This document shows, piece by piece, positions 19,825-29,531 of a stretch of DNA of 64,000 bases; the stretch's first letter is position 1, and each line of letters opens with the position of its first letter. A model generated the notes under the pieces. That model was given only the letters and a program-made list of their open reading frames with translations, searched no databases and had not been told where the DNA came from. The DNA lies in assembly GCA_041752695.1 (NCBI GenBank), contig JBGSVZ010000038.1:178033-242032 (forward strand), in the 5' to 3' direction. The DNA comes from Terrimicrobiaceae bacterium (GTDB lineage: Bacteria; Verrucomicrobiota; Verrucomicrobiia; Chthoniobacterales; Terrimicrobiaceae). The position numbers were made by a program, and so were the translations under genes.

Positions 19825-21333
19825 TTAACTTCGAAAGCCGTCGGCAAGGTGATAATAGACTTCGTTGCTGCGCAGGTCTTGCTTAAACTGTGCGAGGCGG
19901 GTGTCCGAGTTGATGAGGACGTTTTCCAGGCCTGCGATGGTGGCGAAGTCTTCCAGCATTTCCGCCGTGACGGCGTAGCTGTAGCCGGTGTGATGGGCTC
20001 CGCCGGCGAGGATCCAGGCCTGGCAGGCGGTTTTGAAATCGGGTTTGCATTCCCAAACGGCGCGCGCGACCGGGAGGTGGGGCATTTTGGGAACCTTCAC
20101 CGCCTTGACCTCGTTGATGATGAGGCGGAAGCGGTTTCCGAGATCGACCAGGGAGGCGTTGAGGGCTTCGCCGGACGGGGCATCAAAGACAAAACGCACC
20201 GGGTCTTCCTTGCCACCGATACCCAACGGGTGAATTTCGACCTTGGGTTTCCCGGAGGCAATGGTGGGACAGATTTCCAGCATGTGCGAGCCAAGCACCT
20301 GGTGACCCTTGGGCGAGAGGTGATAAGTGTAATCCTCCATGAAAGTGGTGCCGCCGGGCAGTCCGTGGGCCATGACTTTCATGGCTCGGACCAGTGCCGA
20401 AGTTTTCCAATCGCCTTCCCCGCCAAAGCCGTATCCGGTCGCCATGAGGCGCTGGGTGGCCATGCCGGGGAGCTGGCGCAGGCCGTGCAGGTCCTCGAAG
20501 GTATCGGTAAACGCGACCGCGCCGAGCTCTTCGAGAAACGCGGACATTCCCAGTTCAAGTCGGGCGCTGTAGCGCAGTTCGTCGTGGCGTTTCCCGCCCT
20601 TTCTGAGCACGGGGACTACGGCGTATTGTTTTTCGTAGTCAGCGCAAAGTTCCGTGATGCTCTTGTCGGAGATCGCATTGACCCGGGTGACGAGATCGCC
20701 CACGCCGTGGGTATTGGTGGCGAAGCCCAATTGGATTTCGGCGGACACTTTATCACCTTCGGTGACGGCCACCTGCCGCATGTTGTCGCCGAAACGAATC
20801 ACTTTCGCCCCCTGCCAGTCGTGCCAGGCACGGGCTGCCCGCATCCAGGATCCGAGGCGCTGCTGAACCTCGGCGTCAGACCAATGGCCGACAACCACCT
20901 TGCGGCCAAGGCGCAGACGGGTATGGATGAACCCGGCTTCGCGGTCGCCGTGCGCGGCCTGGTTGAGGTTCATAAAATCCATGTCGATCGTGCTCCACGG
21001 CAGGTCGCGATTGAATTGGGTGTGGAGGTGAAGGAAGGGTTTCCTGAGCGTAGTGAGGCCACGGATCCACATTTTCGACGGCGAAAAGGTGTGCATCCAA
21101 ATCACCAGGCCGGCGCAGTTCGTATTGCCATTGGCTTCGAGACAAAGATTGGCAATTTCGTCGGGAGTGGTGAGCAATGCCTTAAATTTCAGCGGAAGAG
21201 GCAAGTGCTTGGACTTGGCGAGTCCGTCAACGACGGCTTGGGCATTGGCGGAGACCTGTTTGAGCGGGCCTTCGCCGTAGAGGTGTTGCGAACCGCAGAC
21301 GAACCAGATTTCAGGAGTGGAGAGATTTTTCAT
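19825..21333 (-). CDS. araA: L-arabinose isomerase
   Basis: [56 protein letters not shown]. Confidence 0.97.
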   Translation of the reverse strand: MKNLSTPEIWFVCGSQHLYGEGPLKQVSANAQAVVDGLAKSKHLPLPLKFKALLTTPDEIANLCLEANGNTNCAGLVIWMHTFSPSKMWIRGLTTLRKPFLHLHTQFNRDLPWSTIDMDFMNLNQAAHGDREAGFIHTRLRLGRKVVVGHWSDAEVQQRLGSWMRAARAWHDWQGAKVIRFGDNMRQVAVTEGDKVSAEIQLGFATNTHGVGDLVTRVNAISDKSITELCADYEKQYAVVPVLRKGGKRHDELRYSARLELGMSAFLEELGAVAFTDTFEDLHGLRQLPGMATQRLMATGYGFGGEGDWKTSALVRAMKVMAHGLPGGTTFMEDYTYHLSPKGHQVLGSHMLEICPTIASGKPKVEIHPLGIGGKEDPVRFVFDAPSGEALNASLVDLGNRFRLIINEVKAVKVPKMPHLPVARAVWECKPDFKTACQAWILAGGAHHTGYSYAVTAEMLEDFATIAGLENVLINSDTRLAQFKQDLRSNEVYYHLADGFRS

Positions 21334-21348
21334 TTAGAGGGACGAGGG

Positions 21349-23007
21349 TTATTGAGCGGTTTTGAGGGCGATGAGACGTTTCATGACCTGCGAAAGATCG
21401 GCGGATTTTGTCACGCCGCCGAAGGCATCGTGAACGTCCCGGTAGAGGGCATACAGTTGGTCGTAGGTCTTCTGGCTTTCGGGAGTGGGGATATAGGCGA
21501 CATCTTTCAGGGAAGTCATCGCCTTCTGCGCCGCGGGAAAGTCGGGATGGACACCCGCCAGCACCGCGGCGGAGACGGCGGCCCCGAGAGCGCAGGCCTG
21601 ACTCGAACCCGCCACGCGGATGGTGCAGTCGGTGATGTCCGCGTAAATTTGCATGGCCAGCGGGCTTTTCTCCGCGATGCCGCCGGCGCACACGACGTTG
21701 TCAATGGGAACGCCGTATTCCCGGATGCGTTCAATGATGGCGCGCGCGCCGAAGGCGGTGGCTTCGATGAGGGCGCGATAAATTTCCGCGCGGGTCGTGT
21801 AAAGCGTCTGGCCGAGCAGGAGTCCGGTGAGCATGGGATCGACGAGGATGGTGCGGTTTCCGTTGTTCCAATCGAGAGCGAGAAGGCCGCTTTGCCCGGC
21901 CCTCAGTTCCAAGGCCTCCCGGGTGAGTTCGGCATGCAGGGAAGCGTCGCCCTGACAGACCACTTCCACCCACCATTTGAAAATGTCTCCCACGGCGGAT
22001 TGTCCGGCCTCGATACCGTAGAACCCCGGGAGAATCGCCCCCTTCACGATGCCGCAGATGCCGGGGATATCGGGCACGACCTTGTCGGCGGAGACGACCC
22101 CGCAATCGCAGGTGGAGGTACCAATGACTTTGACCAGCGTGCCTTCCCGCACGCCGCTGCCGATGGCTCCGTAGTGCACATCCATTTCCCCAATGGCGAT
22201 GGGGATTCCCTCCGGCAGGCCAAGGCGCGCGGCCCATTCCGGACACAGGGCCCCGGCGGCGTGACTCGCATCGTGGGCCGTTTCATAGAGGCGGTCGCGC
22301 AAGTCGGCGAGGCTGGGGTCGAGCAAAGCAAGGAATTCCTTGTCCGGCAGTCCGCCCCACTCGTCGCTGTAGAGCGCCTTGTGTCCGGCCATGCAAACGC
22401 CACGCTGAATCGCGCGGGGATCTTTCACGCCCGCGAGCACCGAGGGAATCCAGTCGGCCAGTTCCACCCAGCTGAAAGCGGCGTCGAAAACTTCCGGCGC
22501 GATTTTCCGGCAACGCCAGATTTTCGACCAAAACCACTCCGACGAATACGTGTTGCCGCATTTCGCGATGAAGTGGGGACGATGTTCCGCCGCGAGGCTG
22601 GTGATGGCGGCGGCTTCCAGGTGGCTGGTGTGGTCCTTCCACAGCCAGCACTGGGCGGGAAGGCTGTCTTTCCATTCGGGGAGCAGCGCCAGTGGGTGGT
22701 TTTCCGCGTTGACGGGGAGGGGGCTCGACCCGGTGGTGTCAACGCCGATCCCGACGATGGCTGCGGCTGAGAACCCCGGCTTCCCTGTCGCTTGGGCAAG
22801 AGCCGCCAGGACGCTTTTTTCCAGTCCGAAAAGGTAGTCCGCCGGATTTTGCCGGGCGAGGTGATGGTCGTGACGGTCCAGCAGAACGCCCTGGTGGCCG
22901 CTGGGATAATCCACCACCCCTGTGCCGTATTCCGCGCCGGTGGCGCAGTCCACAATGAGGGCCCGGACAGAGTTTGTGCCGTAGTCAATACCGAGGGAGA
23001 AACGCAT
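21349..23007 (-). CDS. araB: Ribulokinase
   Basis: GIDYGTNSVR, GVDTTGSSP, LWKDHT, YSSEWFWSK, EAGQSAVGD, LDWNNGNR. Start placed at ATG 23007. Confidence 0.95.
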   Translation of the reverse strand: MRFSLGIDYGTNSVRALIVDCATGAEYGTGVVDYPSGHQGVLLDRHDHHLARQNPADYLFGLEKSVLAALAQATGKPGFSAAAIVGIGVDTTGSSPLPVNAENHPLALLPEWKDSLPAQCWLWKDHTSHLEAAAITSLAAEHRPHFIAKCGNTYSSEWFWSKIWRCRKIAPEVFDAAFSWVELADWIPSVLAGVKDPRAIQRGVCMAGHKALYSDEWGGLPDKEFLALLDPSLADLRDRLYETAHDASHAAGALCPEWAARLGLPEGIPIAIGEMDVHYGAIGSGVREGTLVKVIGTSTCDCGVVSADKVVPDIPGICGIVKGAILPGFYGIEAGQSAVGDIFKWWVEVVCQGDASLHAELTREALELRAGQSGLLALDWNNGNRTILVDPMLTGLLLGQTLYTTRAEIYRALIEATAFGARAIIERIREYGVPIDNVVCAGGIAEKSPLAMQIYADITDCTIRVAGSSQACALGAAVSAAVLAGVHPDFPAAQKAMTSLKDVAYIPTPESQKTYDQLYALYRDVHDAFGGVTKSADLSQVMKRLIALKTAQ

Positions 23008-23056
23008 ACATCGGGGAGCATCGCAGGGCATTTTCCCTCGTAAAGCGTCCGGTTAC

Positions 23057-23072
23057 TTGACAGTAATGTCAA
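23057..23072. promoter_or_regulatory. Palindromic operator/promoter candidate between araB and the LacI gene
   Basis: TTGACA-GTAA-TGTCAA, a perfect inverted repeat in the divergent intergenic region. Confidence 0.5.
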
Positions 23073-23105
23073 ACTGTCAGGATGCGAGCCGCGCTGCCGC
23101 CAACT

Positions 23106-23164
23106 GTTGGAGTTCAGGCTTCAGCCTGCTTCCCATTCAGACAGCCTAAAGACTGGACTCCAAC
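23106..23164. repeat. REP-doublet element, copy 1
   Basis: GTTGGAGTTCAGGCTTCAGCCTG ... CAGCCTAAAGACTGGACTCCAAC. Confidence 0.85.
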
Positions 23165-23191
23165 GGCCCTTTTTCCGTGGAAATCGCCGTG

Positions 23192-24313
23192 ATGAAAAAG
23201 TCTCCCACCATGGCTGACGTGGCCCGCGCCGCGGGGGTTTCCAAAAACACCGTTTCGCTGGCGCTGCGGAATAGTCCGCAGATTCCGGAAGTCACCCGGC
23301 GCCGCATTGCCGCCACCGCCCGGCGGCTGAAATACCGGAAAAATGCCGTGGTCGCGCAGTTGATGACGGAGATGCGCCGCGCCCGGGCGCCGGGATTTCA
23401 GTCGGTGCTGGCATTGCTCAACGCCAATCTCGATCGTCAGGCTTTCCGCGACCATCCGACGATTCCGGTGTATGTGGAAGGCTGCCGAAGGCGGGCGCAG
23501 GAACTGGGCTACACGCTTGATGAGTTCTGGCTGCACGATCCGGATCTGGACGGGGTGCGGTTAAACACGATCTTCGAAGCCCGCGGGATTCGGGGCGCGC
23601 TGGTGGTTGGGCTGATGCGGGAGAACCGTTTGCCCGATCGGTTTTTGCCCACATGGGCAGGTTTTCCCGCTGTCGTAACGGGCGTGCGAACCCGGGATCC
23701 GGCCCTATCCTTTGCCAGCACCGATCACCATATCCTGGCGATGCGGGCGTTTCAGCGGGGCATCGAGCTCGGGTATCGACGGCCGGCGTTGGTGATTGAT
23801 CCCGTGATTGACCGCCTGGTGGATGGACGGTTTAGTGCGGGCGTTCGCACCGCCCAGCAGGACATCCCGGCCCGCCAGCGCGCCAGGCCGTTTTTTCTCA
23901 CCGGGGAAACGGAAGCCGAGGAAAAGCGGTTCGGGCTCTGGTTGAAAAAAGAACGCCCGGACGCGATTCTCACGCTCTACAATGTCGTGCGCCGCTGGCT
24001 GGCCAACCTGCCCGTGGCCGTGCCGCGCGATGTCGGGTTGATTCAGCTCGAATGGCGGACGGATTCCCCGGATTGGGCGGGAATGGACCAGCACAACGAC
24101 GTGGTGGGCGGAGCCGCCGTCGAGATGCTGGTGGGGATGATTCACAATCACGAAACCGGCATCCCGGCCTTTCCCCGCGCCACGCTGGTCGGGAGTACGT
24201 GGGTGGATGGGGCGACGGTTTCACTCGCCATCAAGAAACCGCCGGGCATTCATCAAGCTCTCCCAATGACCGGGAAATCGCCTGGTAGCTTCCGCGGGGC
24301 GTCAGGCGGGTGA
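23192..24313 (+). CDS. LacI family transcriptional regulator
   Basis: PTMADVARAAGVSKNTVSLALRN HTH followed by a periplasmic-binding-protein-like effector domain; divergent from araBAD. Confidence 0.92.
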   Translation: MKKSPTMADVARAAGVSKNTVSLALRNSPQIPEVTRRRIAATARRLKYRKNAVVAQLMTEMRRARAPGFQSVLALLNANLDRQAFRDHPTIPVYVEGCRRRAQELGYTLDEFWLHDPDLDGVRLNTIFEARGIRGALVVGLMRENRLPDRFLPTWAGFPAVVTGVRTRDPALSFASTDHHILAMRAFQRGIELGYRRPALVIDPVIDRLVDGRFSAGVRTAQQDIPARQRARPFFLTGETEAEEKRFGLWLKKERPDAILTLYNVVRRWLANLPVAVPRDVGLIQLEWRTDSPDWAGMDQHNDVVGGAAVEMLVGMIHNHETGIPAFPRATLVGSTWVDGATVSLAIKKPPGIHQALPMTGKSPGSFRGASGG

Positions 24314-26579
24314 TCAGGCGCCTGTCGGTGTCCGATGGCTCGTCCAAATGAAACACCAGATACGCCGACGCGGTGGTGGGCAGCAAATCCTTCGGCCAGT
24401 CCTCGGCGCGAAGGAGATTGCAGAGCGTTTCCTTCGACATCATTTCGCACGAGAGAATCTGGGCCCGCCAACGCAGCGAAATTCTTTCGGTCCGGCTTCC
24501 GGCGTAGGGACAAAGCACAGCGCCCGACATATTTCCCAGCTGGATGCGGATCGGGGAGCGGTCCTCGTCGTTTTTGAGCGCGCGGGTGTACACCAGCCGC
24601 TTCGCCCGCGACAATTCCCGCACCTCCTCCTTCAAGTAAACGAGCACGCAGGCCGCGCCGGGCCGATAGGTTTTCAGCCCCCCGTATTCGACGGGATTTT
24701 CCCTCACGGTGGCGTGAAGCACATCGGTGAAGTGGCGGTATTGGGTGAACTGGTTCGCCTGGTGCCGGAAAACATCCCGCAGGAAATTTTTGAGCGTTTC
24801 CCGGCACTCCGGTTGGCCGGGCTTCAGGACAAATGCACCCACGCCGGGAACAATTTCGTGGAATTTGCTCAGTGTCGTCTCCGTGTCGGACCCGGGGTAG
24901 AGCACGTAGGAACCGGCGGTCTGGCGCACCGCATCGTTGTAGGTGTGCATTTTCAACAAATCCCCCCTCTGATAGGTGGAGGTGGCTTTGCCTTCCTGCT
25001 TCTCGGCATCAAGGGCGTCGTCCTGGTCGACATCGCCGAAGATCATCTTCAGGTTTTCCGCACGGTATTTGGCATCGAAATGCAGATAGGCGATCTTGCC
25101 GTCCGCCGCCGCCTCCTGTTCGTTGGCAAAGCGAAGGGGAAAAATCGCGAGCGTGTAGTCCGGCTTGAACTGCCGGGAATAGGAGGAGGCTCCGGTGGCC
25201 TTTGCCTGGATCTGAAAGGTCCGCTCGTAGTAGAGATGCAGTCGCAGGACGGTGCCGCCCCCCAGTGTGATGGTAAAGGGCGCGCAGGTTTTTCGCCCAC
25301 GTTTGAGGTTGATGACGATCTCGCCGTTTCTGCTTTCCAGGAAGGGTTCGGCGTCCTCTGCGGGGCGGGGGTTGTCCGCGCCACGGACGACTCCCTCGAT
25401 CCCGTCGAGGATTTCGTGCAGTTGCAGGAAAATCCAATACTCATAGAGCGTTGCCACGTTCCGGGTCGGCCCGTGGTAGCTCTCCTCGTCGCGATCCCAG
25501 GAGAGTGCCGAGGCCGCCTGGGTGAGGAGCCATGCGCGCAGAATTTCCCGGTATCCGTTTCTTTTCCGGAGGGTGGGATTGTCGAGGGGGAGCCTGGCCA
25601 TGGGGCCGAGTTGCTGGAAAAAGGGGCGCGCCAGGGCCGCATCCAGCGCCTCGCCCAATCCGGTCGCCTCCCGGGCGAGGCTGAGTGCGGCGGGGTGCTT
25701 CTCCACCACCTCGCGGCACAAATTCCGAAACTGGAGCAGGGCGAACTTGATGAATCGGTTCGGGGGCGTATCGACGGACTCCTCCTTGCGGATGTCCCGC
25801 ACCTGCGCCGGCAGGAGGCGGCTCCCCGGCGGCCGCCTGTGCCAGTCCCTTGCCATGGCGGCCGGGTCGGACAGCCAGTCGCGCGATCCGGCGGAGGCGG
25901 AGGGGGTCCAATGCAGTTCCCGGGTGAATCGGGAGTTCGGCCGGCGTTGGAGGGATTCCAGAATCTCTTCCAGCCGGCCCGGAGGGAGATGCGAGCGGAG
26001 AAACAAAAATTGCTCCAGGGTGAGGCGTGCAGGGTGCTCCGCATCGGTTCCGAAGCTCAAGGACGTCGGCGCATCCCAATGGAGGAGCACCTGCTGGCAG
26101 AAATCCGCAATGTCCTCCGTGATCTGCCGGAACTCCGTATGGTAATCCAGTTTTCTCGAGACCACCTCAAAGACGAACCGGTGCGTTGTCTGTCCGACGG
26201 TGAGGGTGAAGTCCGCCATCCCCAGATGATTGACCACCGCAAACGAGCCGGAGAGGGTTTTTACCCGCCGGGTGCTCCATTGGCGGCGCGGCAGGGATTC
26301 CAGGGAACTTGCCACCGTTATTTTGTCCGTCCCCACCACTTCCCAATCGTAGGCCTGCGTTTCCAGCAACCGGATGAGCCTGTCTCCTCCCGGCGTTTCC
26401 TCCAGCACGATGGGCGGCAATCCCGAGGCATCGCCCCGCGCGGGATGGGCCTTGATCCCGTCGCGCAGCGCCGGAAAGGCCTCGTCCTCCGGGTTCAGGG
26501 TCTCGGGGCAACCCGGCGTGGAGAGCACCCACCAGGTGTCGGACTCCAGCCGGAAGGCGATGGCCGAGCAAACGTTCAT
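24231..26579 (-). CDS. DUF2357 / PD-(D/E)XK McrC-like nuclease
   Basis: SVDTPPNRFIKF, VATLYEYW, FKPDYTL, HFDAKYR, DLLKMHTYNDAV, YVLYPG, GVGAF; immediately downstream of the McrB-like gene. Confidence 0.85.
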   Translation of the reverse strand: MNVCSAIAFRLESDTWWVLSTPGCPETLNPEDEAFPALRDGIKAHPARGDASGLPPIVLEETPGGDRLIRLLETQAYDWEVVGTDKITVASSLESLPRRQWSTRRVKTLSGSFAVVNHLGMADFTLTVGQTTHRFVFEVVSRKLDYHTEFRQITEDIADFCQQVLLHWDAPTSLSFGTDAEHPARLTLEQFLFLRSHLPPGRLEEILESLQRRPNSRFTRELHWTPSASAGSRDWLSDPAAMARDWHRRPPGSRLLPAQVRDIRKEESVDTPPNRFIKFALLQFRNLCREVVEKHPAALSLAREATGLGEALDAALARPFFQQLGPMARLPLDNPTLRKRNGYREILRAWLLTQAASALSWDRDEESYHGPTRNVATLYEYWIFLQLHEILDGIEGVVRGADNPRPAEDAEPFLESRNGEIVINLKRGRKTCAPFTITLGGGTVLRLHLYYERTFQIQAKATGASSYSRQFKPDYTLAIFPLRFANEQEAAADGKIAYLHFDAKYRAENLKMIFGDVDQDDALDAEKQEGKATSTYQRGDLLKMHTYNDAVRQTAGSYVLYPGSDTETTLSKFHEIVPGVGAFVLKPGQPECRETLKNFLRDVFRHQANQFTQYRHFTDVLHATVRENPVEYGGLKTYRPGAACVLVYLKEEVRELSRAKRLVYTRALKNDEDRSPIRIQLGNMSGAVLCPYAGSRTERISLRWRAQILSCEMMSKETLCNLLRAEDWPKDLLPTTASAYLVFHLDEPSDTDRRLITRLTPRGSYQAISRSLGELDECPAVS

Positions 26580-26592
26580 CCGGAGGGAAAAA

Positions 26593-28128
26593 TCAGCAGA
26601 TGAAGCTCACAAACTGTTCCTCCACGAGCACTTCGATCATGCGTTCCAATTTCTCGTAGGAGGTCTTGAACTTCGGACTGGCGACGCCGCGCGCGGCTTG
26701 CAGGGTGCGCTTTGGTGCCGCGCCGTCCTTCGGGAAGTGCTCCAGCGCCGCCGCCTCATCCCCGCCCGCGCAATACCGGGCCAGGGCACCGAGCAGCGGA
26801 GCCAGACGCGAGCGGCTGCCATGCAGTTTCGGAAGAATTTTTTGCAAAATCTGTTCATCGAGCGAGCCGTGCCACTTCCCGTCCGCGGCCCAGGCCAGTC
26901 TTTCTGCGTCCCCGGGCCCCGCGAGAAAATGCGCGGTCCGCAGATAGGCCAGCACCTCCCGCCCCGTACGGAAGCCGAACTCGCCGCGGCCCCGCTTCAT
27001 GATCCGGAACAAGGCCATCAGGTGGTCCGCCGCTTCCTGCCGCACCGTATCCGGCAAGGCCGGAACCTCCGTAACCTCTGGATCGTCCTCATCGCCCTGA
27101 ATGACACCCGCCGCTGCCAGGAAGGGGATCCCGTAATCCCGGGCTTCGGCGATCCCTGCCGGGGGCTCCTGCCTGCGCAAAAATTCCCCCAGCGCGGTTT
27201 CCCCGGCGTGTATCTCGATCACATTCGCCCGATCGAGAACCTTCGGACTGAACATATGGGTCGTCTCGTCGATGTTGACGGTTCCAATCACGAAAAGATT
27301 CGCGGGAAAATCGATGTTTCCCGGGACAGGCTGCCCCGATCTCGTCACCGCCTCGCCAGCGGCGTGCAGTTTTAGGGCTCCGGTTTTGTCCTTCAGTTCC
27401 ATGGCCGAGAGAAAATCGGCGAAATACCGCTCCACATGGGAAAGGTTCATCTCGTCGAGAATCAAGACGTGCGGCTTCTCCGCCGATTCGTTCGCGTGAA
27501 GAATCAGCTCGAGAATCGGCGTGGTCTCGTAGATCGGCCGGGCTTCCCCGCCGTCTTCGGTTTCCAGGGGGTTCAGGTATCCAAGGACATGGCGGTTGTC
27601 CGTCCAGTCGGCGCCCACCGCCACTACCGCCCGGGATTCGCGGTCCGTCAGGCTCTCGGCGAACTTGATGGCTTCCCTGGTTTTGCCCGTGCCGGACGGA
27701 CCCGTGAGGATGAGAAAGGGCTTGGCTAGGAGGGCGCGGGTGATGGGGGTGTTTGGTATGATATTATGACTTCCCCCCGACTCCAAGAGATCCTGCCAAC
27801 CTTTTTGCTGGATGGTCTTCACCGCCCGATCGGAAAGCCTTCTGCCAGCGTGACTCTTCCAACAACTCACGTCATTTTTGGAAAATCCAGACATTCCCTT
27901 AGCTCCAGCTGCCTCCGCCTCTGGATCCAAATATCGGAAGTTTTTTAGCTTAAGTGCAATGCTTGATGGTTGCCTGTTCTGCTCACTCGCAAGCAGGGTA
28001 ACTTCCTCGTTTCCTACATCCAAAGTGTTTCCACCCGGCGACAAATACATTTTCAGGACGTCGAGTGTTTGGACGTCACTCCATTTCGTTCGGTCTTGAA
28101 CGGCGTCTTGATCTGGTGGCGTTTTCAT
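26593..28128 (-). CDS. McrB-like AAA+ GTPase
   Basis: Walker A GPSGTGKT; VGADWTD; Walker B ILDEMNLSHVERYFADFLS; McrB signature GTVNIDETT; FSPKVLDRAN; QKILPKLHG. Confidence 0.9.
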   Translation of the reverse strand: MKTPPDQDAVQDRTKWSDVQTLDVLKMYLSPGGNTLDVGNEEVTLLASEQNRQPSSIALKLKNFRYLDPEAEAAGAKGMSGFSKNDVSCWKSHAGRRLSDRAVKTIQQKGWQDLLESGGSHNIIPNTPITRALLAKPFLILTGPSGTGKTREAIKFAESLTDRESRAVVAVGADWTDNRHVLGYLNPLETEDGGEARPIYETTPILELILHANESAEKPHVLILDEMNLSHVERYFADFLSAMELKDKTGALKLHAAGEAVTRSGQPVPGNIDFPANLFVIGTVNIDETTHMFSPKVLDRANVIEIHAGETALGEFLRRQEPPAGIAEARDYGIPFLAAAGVIQGDEDDPEVTEVPALPDTVRQEAADHLMALFRIMKRGRGEFGFRTGREVLAYLRTAHFLAGPGDAERLAWAADGKWHGSLDEQILQKILPKLHGSRSRLAPLLGALARYCAGGDEAAALEHFPKDGAAPKRTLQAARGVASPKFKTSYEKLERMIEVLVEEQFVSFIC

Positions 28129-28171
28129 GGAAATCAGGAGTAACTATTGCAGGGGGAATGGGAACAAATTC

Positions 28172-29218
28172 TTAGCTTCTCGCGACTAAAGGTGCCGCCC
28201 GGTTCCGTCTTGCCTCATAGGGAGGCAAATGCACTTCATTATTTCCATAACACGCGGTCGGGGAATAGCGATGACGATGCAGGCGTTTGAAGCATTTTTT
28301 GCTGTCATCTCCTTCCAGAATGGACTGGAAACGCGGCAAAGCGGCACGCGGCGTGAAGCAATGTGCTGCGTTTGGGTGACTGGTTACCGCGTTTTTTTGG
28401 AACCAATGCTGCACGGTGAGCTCCGCAGGGGCTTTGGTGGGGCGAGGAGAACCTCCGAACTTCGAGGTGGAGGGCCAGTCGAAAGCAAAGGCCGTGCGCT
28501 CCGGGTGTTTGATCGAGGCGCCCCAGTCAAAACTCTGCATCGCAATCTTTCTTTGCTTCATGAAGGTTTTGGCGGCTCCAAAAAGGATGATGCGATCGCG
28601 GTCTTGCGGCGCGCCGAATTCAATCGAATTGAGCAGTTTTGATTTCGTCTCGTATCCAGCGGCCTCGAGGTCCGACACCAGTCCGTCGAAAAACTCCCGG
28701 TGCCTCTTTGTTCTCCAGAGACCTTTGACGTTCTCAAAGACGAACCAGTCGGGTTTTTGGGCAATGATCACGTCGATATAGGATCGGGAAAGCCGTCCGT
28801 TATCGCCGGTGTGGCCGCGGTTTTTTCCGCCCACGGAGAAATCCGGGCAGGGCGGGCCGCCGATGAATCCCACCGTCTGCCCATTCGCCCGGACATCGGC
28901 GAGGTGTTTTTTCAGAACCTCTGCGGCTGCTGGCCGGAGGTGATCGTCAATCGAATCGCAGGCGATTCCGAAGCGGGGCAGGGGTAGTCCCATTCGCGTG
29001 CGGGAGTGGCGGTAGCCTTCGACAAAATCCCGATTGAGTTCGTTCGCAAAAACAACCTCGAACCCGGATGTTTCGAACCCGAGATCAAGAAAACCGGCAC
29101 CGGAGAAAAACGAAAATATCGCGTGTTTTGGGGTGTCCGGATTGGGAACGGGAGATTTGGCGGCACGGTGGACGGTCATGGAAAGTGGTTGGGCGCGGTG
29201 CGTCGGGCCCGTTTTCAA
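28172..29218 (-). pseudogene. DNA (cytosine-5)-methyltransferase, apparently truncated (motifs IX and X missing)
   Basis: Motif I FFSGAG, IV GGPPCPDFS, VI FENVKG and VIII PQDRDR are present. The ORF stops just after YGNNEVHLPPYEARR, and no motif IX/X is visible in any frame before the next gene. Confidence 0.65.
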
Positions 29219-29406
29219 CGGGCCTCCTTCACGGCGAAAAGCGGCGTGTCGGCCTGGATGTATTTTTCCACGGCATCGCGAATGATCCAGGCGTTGGACA
29301 CCTTTCTGGCCCGGGCCATGCGACAGACCTGCTCGTAATCGGAAGGCGGAACCGTGACGGTGATCCGGGTGCCCGTTTGCGGCCGTTTGGCGGATTCTGA
29401 GGACAT
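29215..29406 (-). CDS. CopG/ribbon-helix-helix controller protein
   Basis: TRITVTVPPSDYEQVCRMARARKVSNAWIIRDAVEKYI RHH pattern; its stop overlaps the MTase start. Confidence 0.8.
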   Translation of the reverse strand: MSSESAKRPQTGTRITVTVPPSDYEQVCRMARARKVSNAWIIRDAVEKYIQADTPLFAVKEAR

Positions 29407-29407
29407 G

Positions 29408-29440
29408 GCATCATCTTGCATCACCCTGGTGTCCTGTCAA
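29408..29440 (-). promoter_or_regulatory. Promoter and direct-repeat operator of the RHH-MTase-McrBC operon
   Basis: Minus strand: TTGACA (29440-29435), then TGATGC-AAGA-TGATGC (10-bp period) just before the ATG. Confidence 0.5.
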
Positions 29441-29481
29441 TCGAGGCGTGATTCCTTTTCCCTGACCCGAAGGGCGTTTGA

Positions 29482-29514
29482 TTGACATGGGCTTATCAGC
29501 GCAATATCATTGCG
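29482..29514 (+). promoter_or_regulatory. Sigma70-type promoter with a palindromic operator for the TA pair
   Basis: TTGACA (29482)-17 bp-TATCAT (29505); the palindrome CGCAAT-ATC-ATTGCG (29500-29514) covers the -10 box. Confidence 0.7.
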
Positions 29515-29531
29515 TTTCCAATACATCCAAT

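Noticed and set aside
19849..22770. 973 aa plus-strand ORF
   Set aside because: Antisense shadow of araA/araB with no motifs; expected from GC-rich codon bias.
24348..26603. 751 aa plus-strand ORF
   Set aside because: Antisense shadow of the DUF2357 nuclease.
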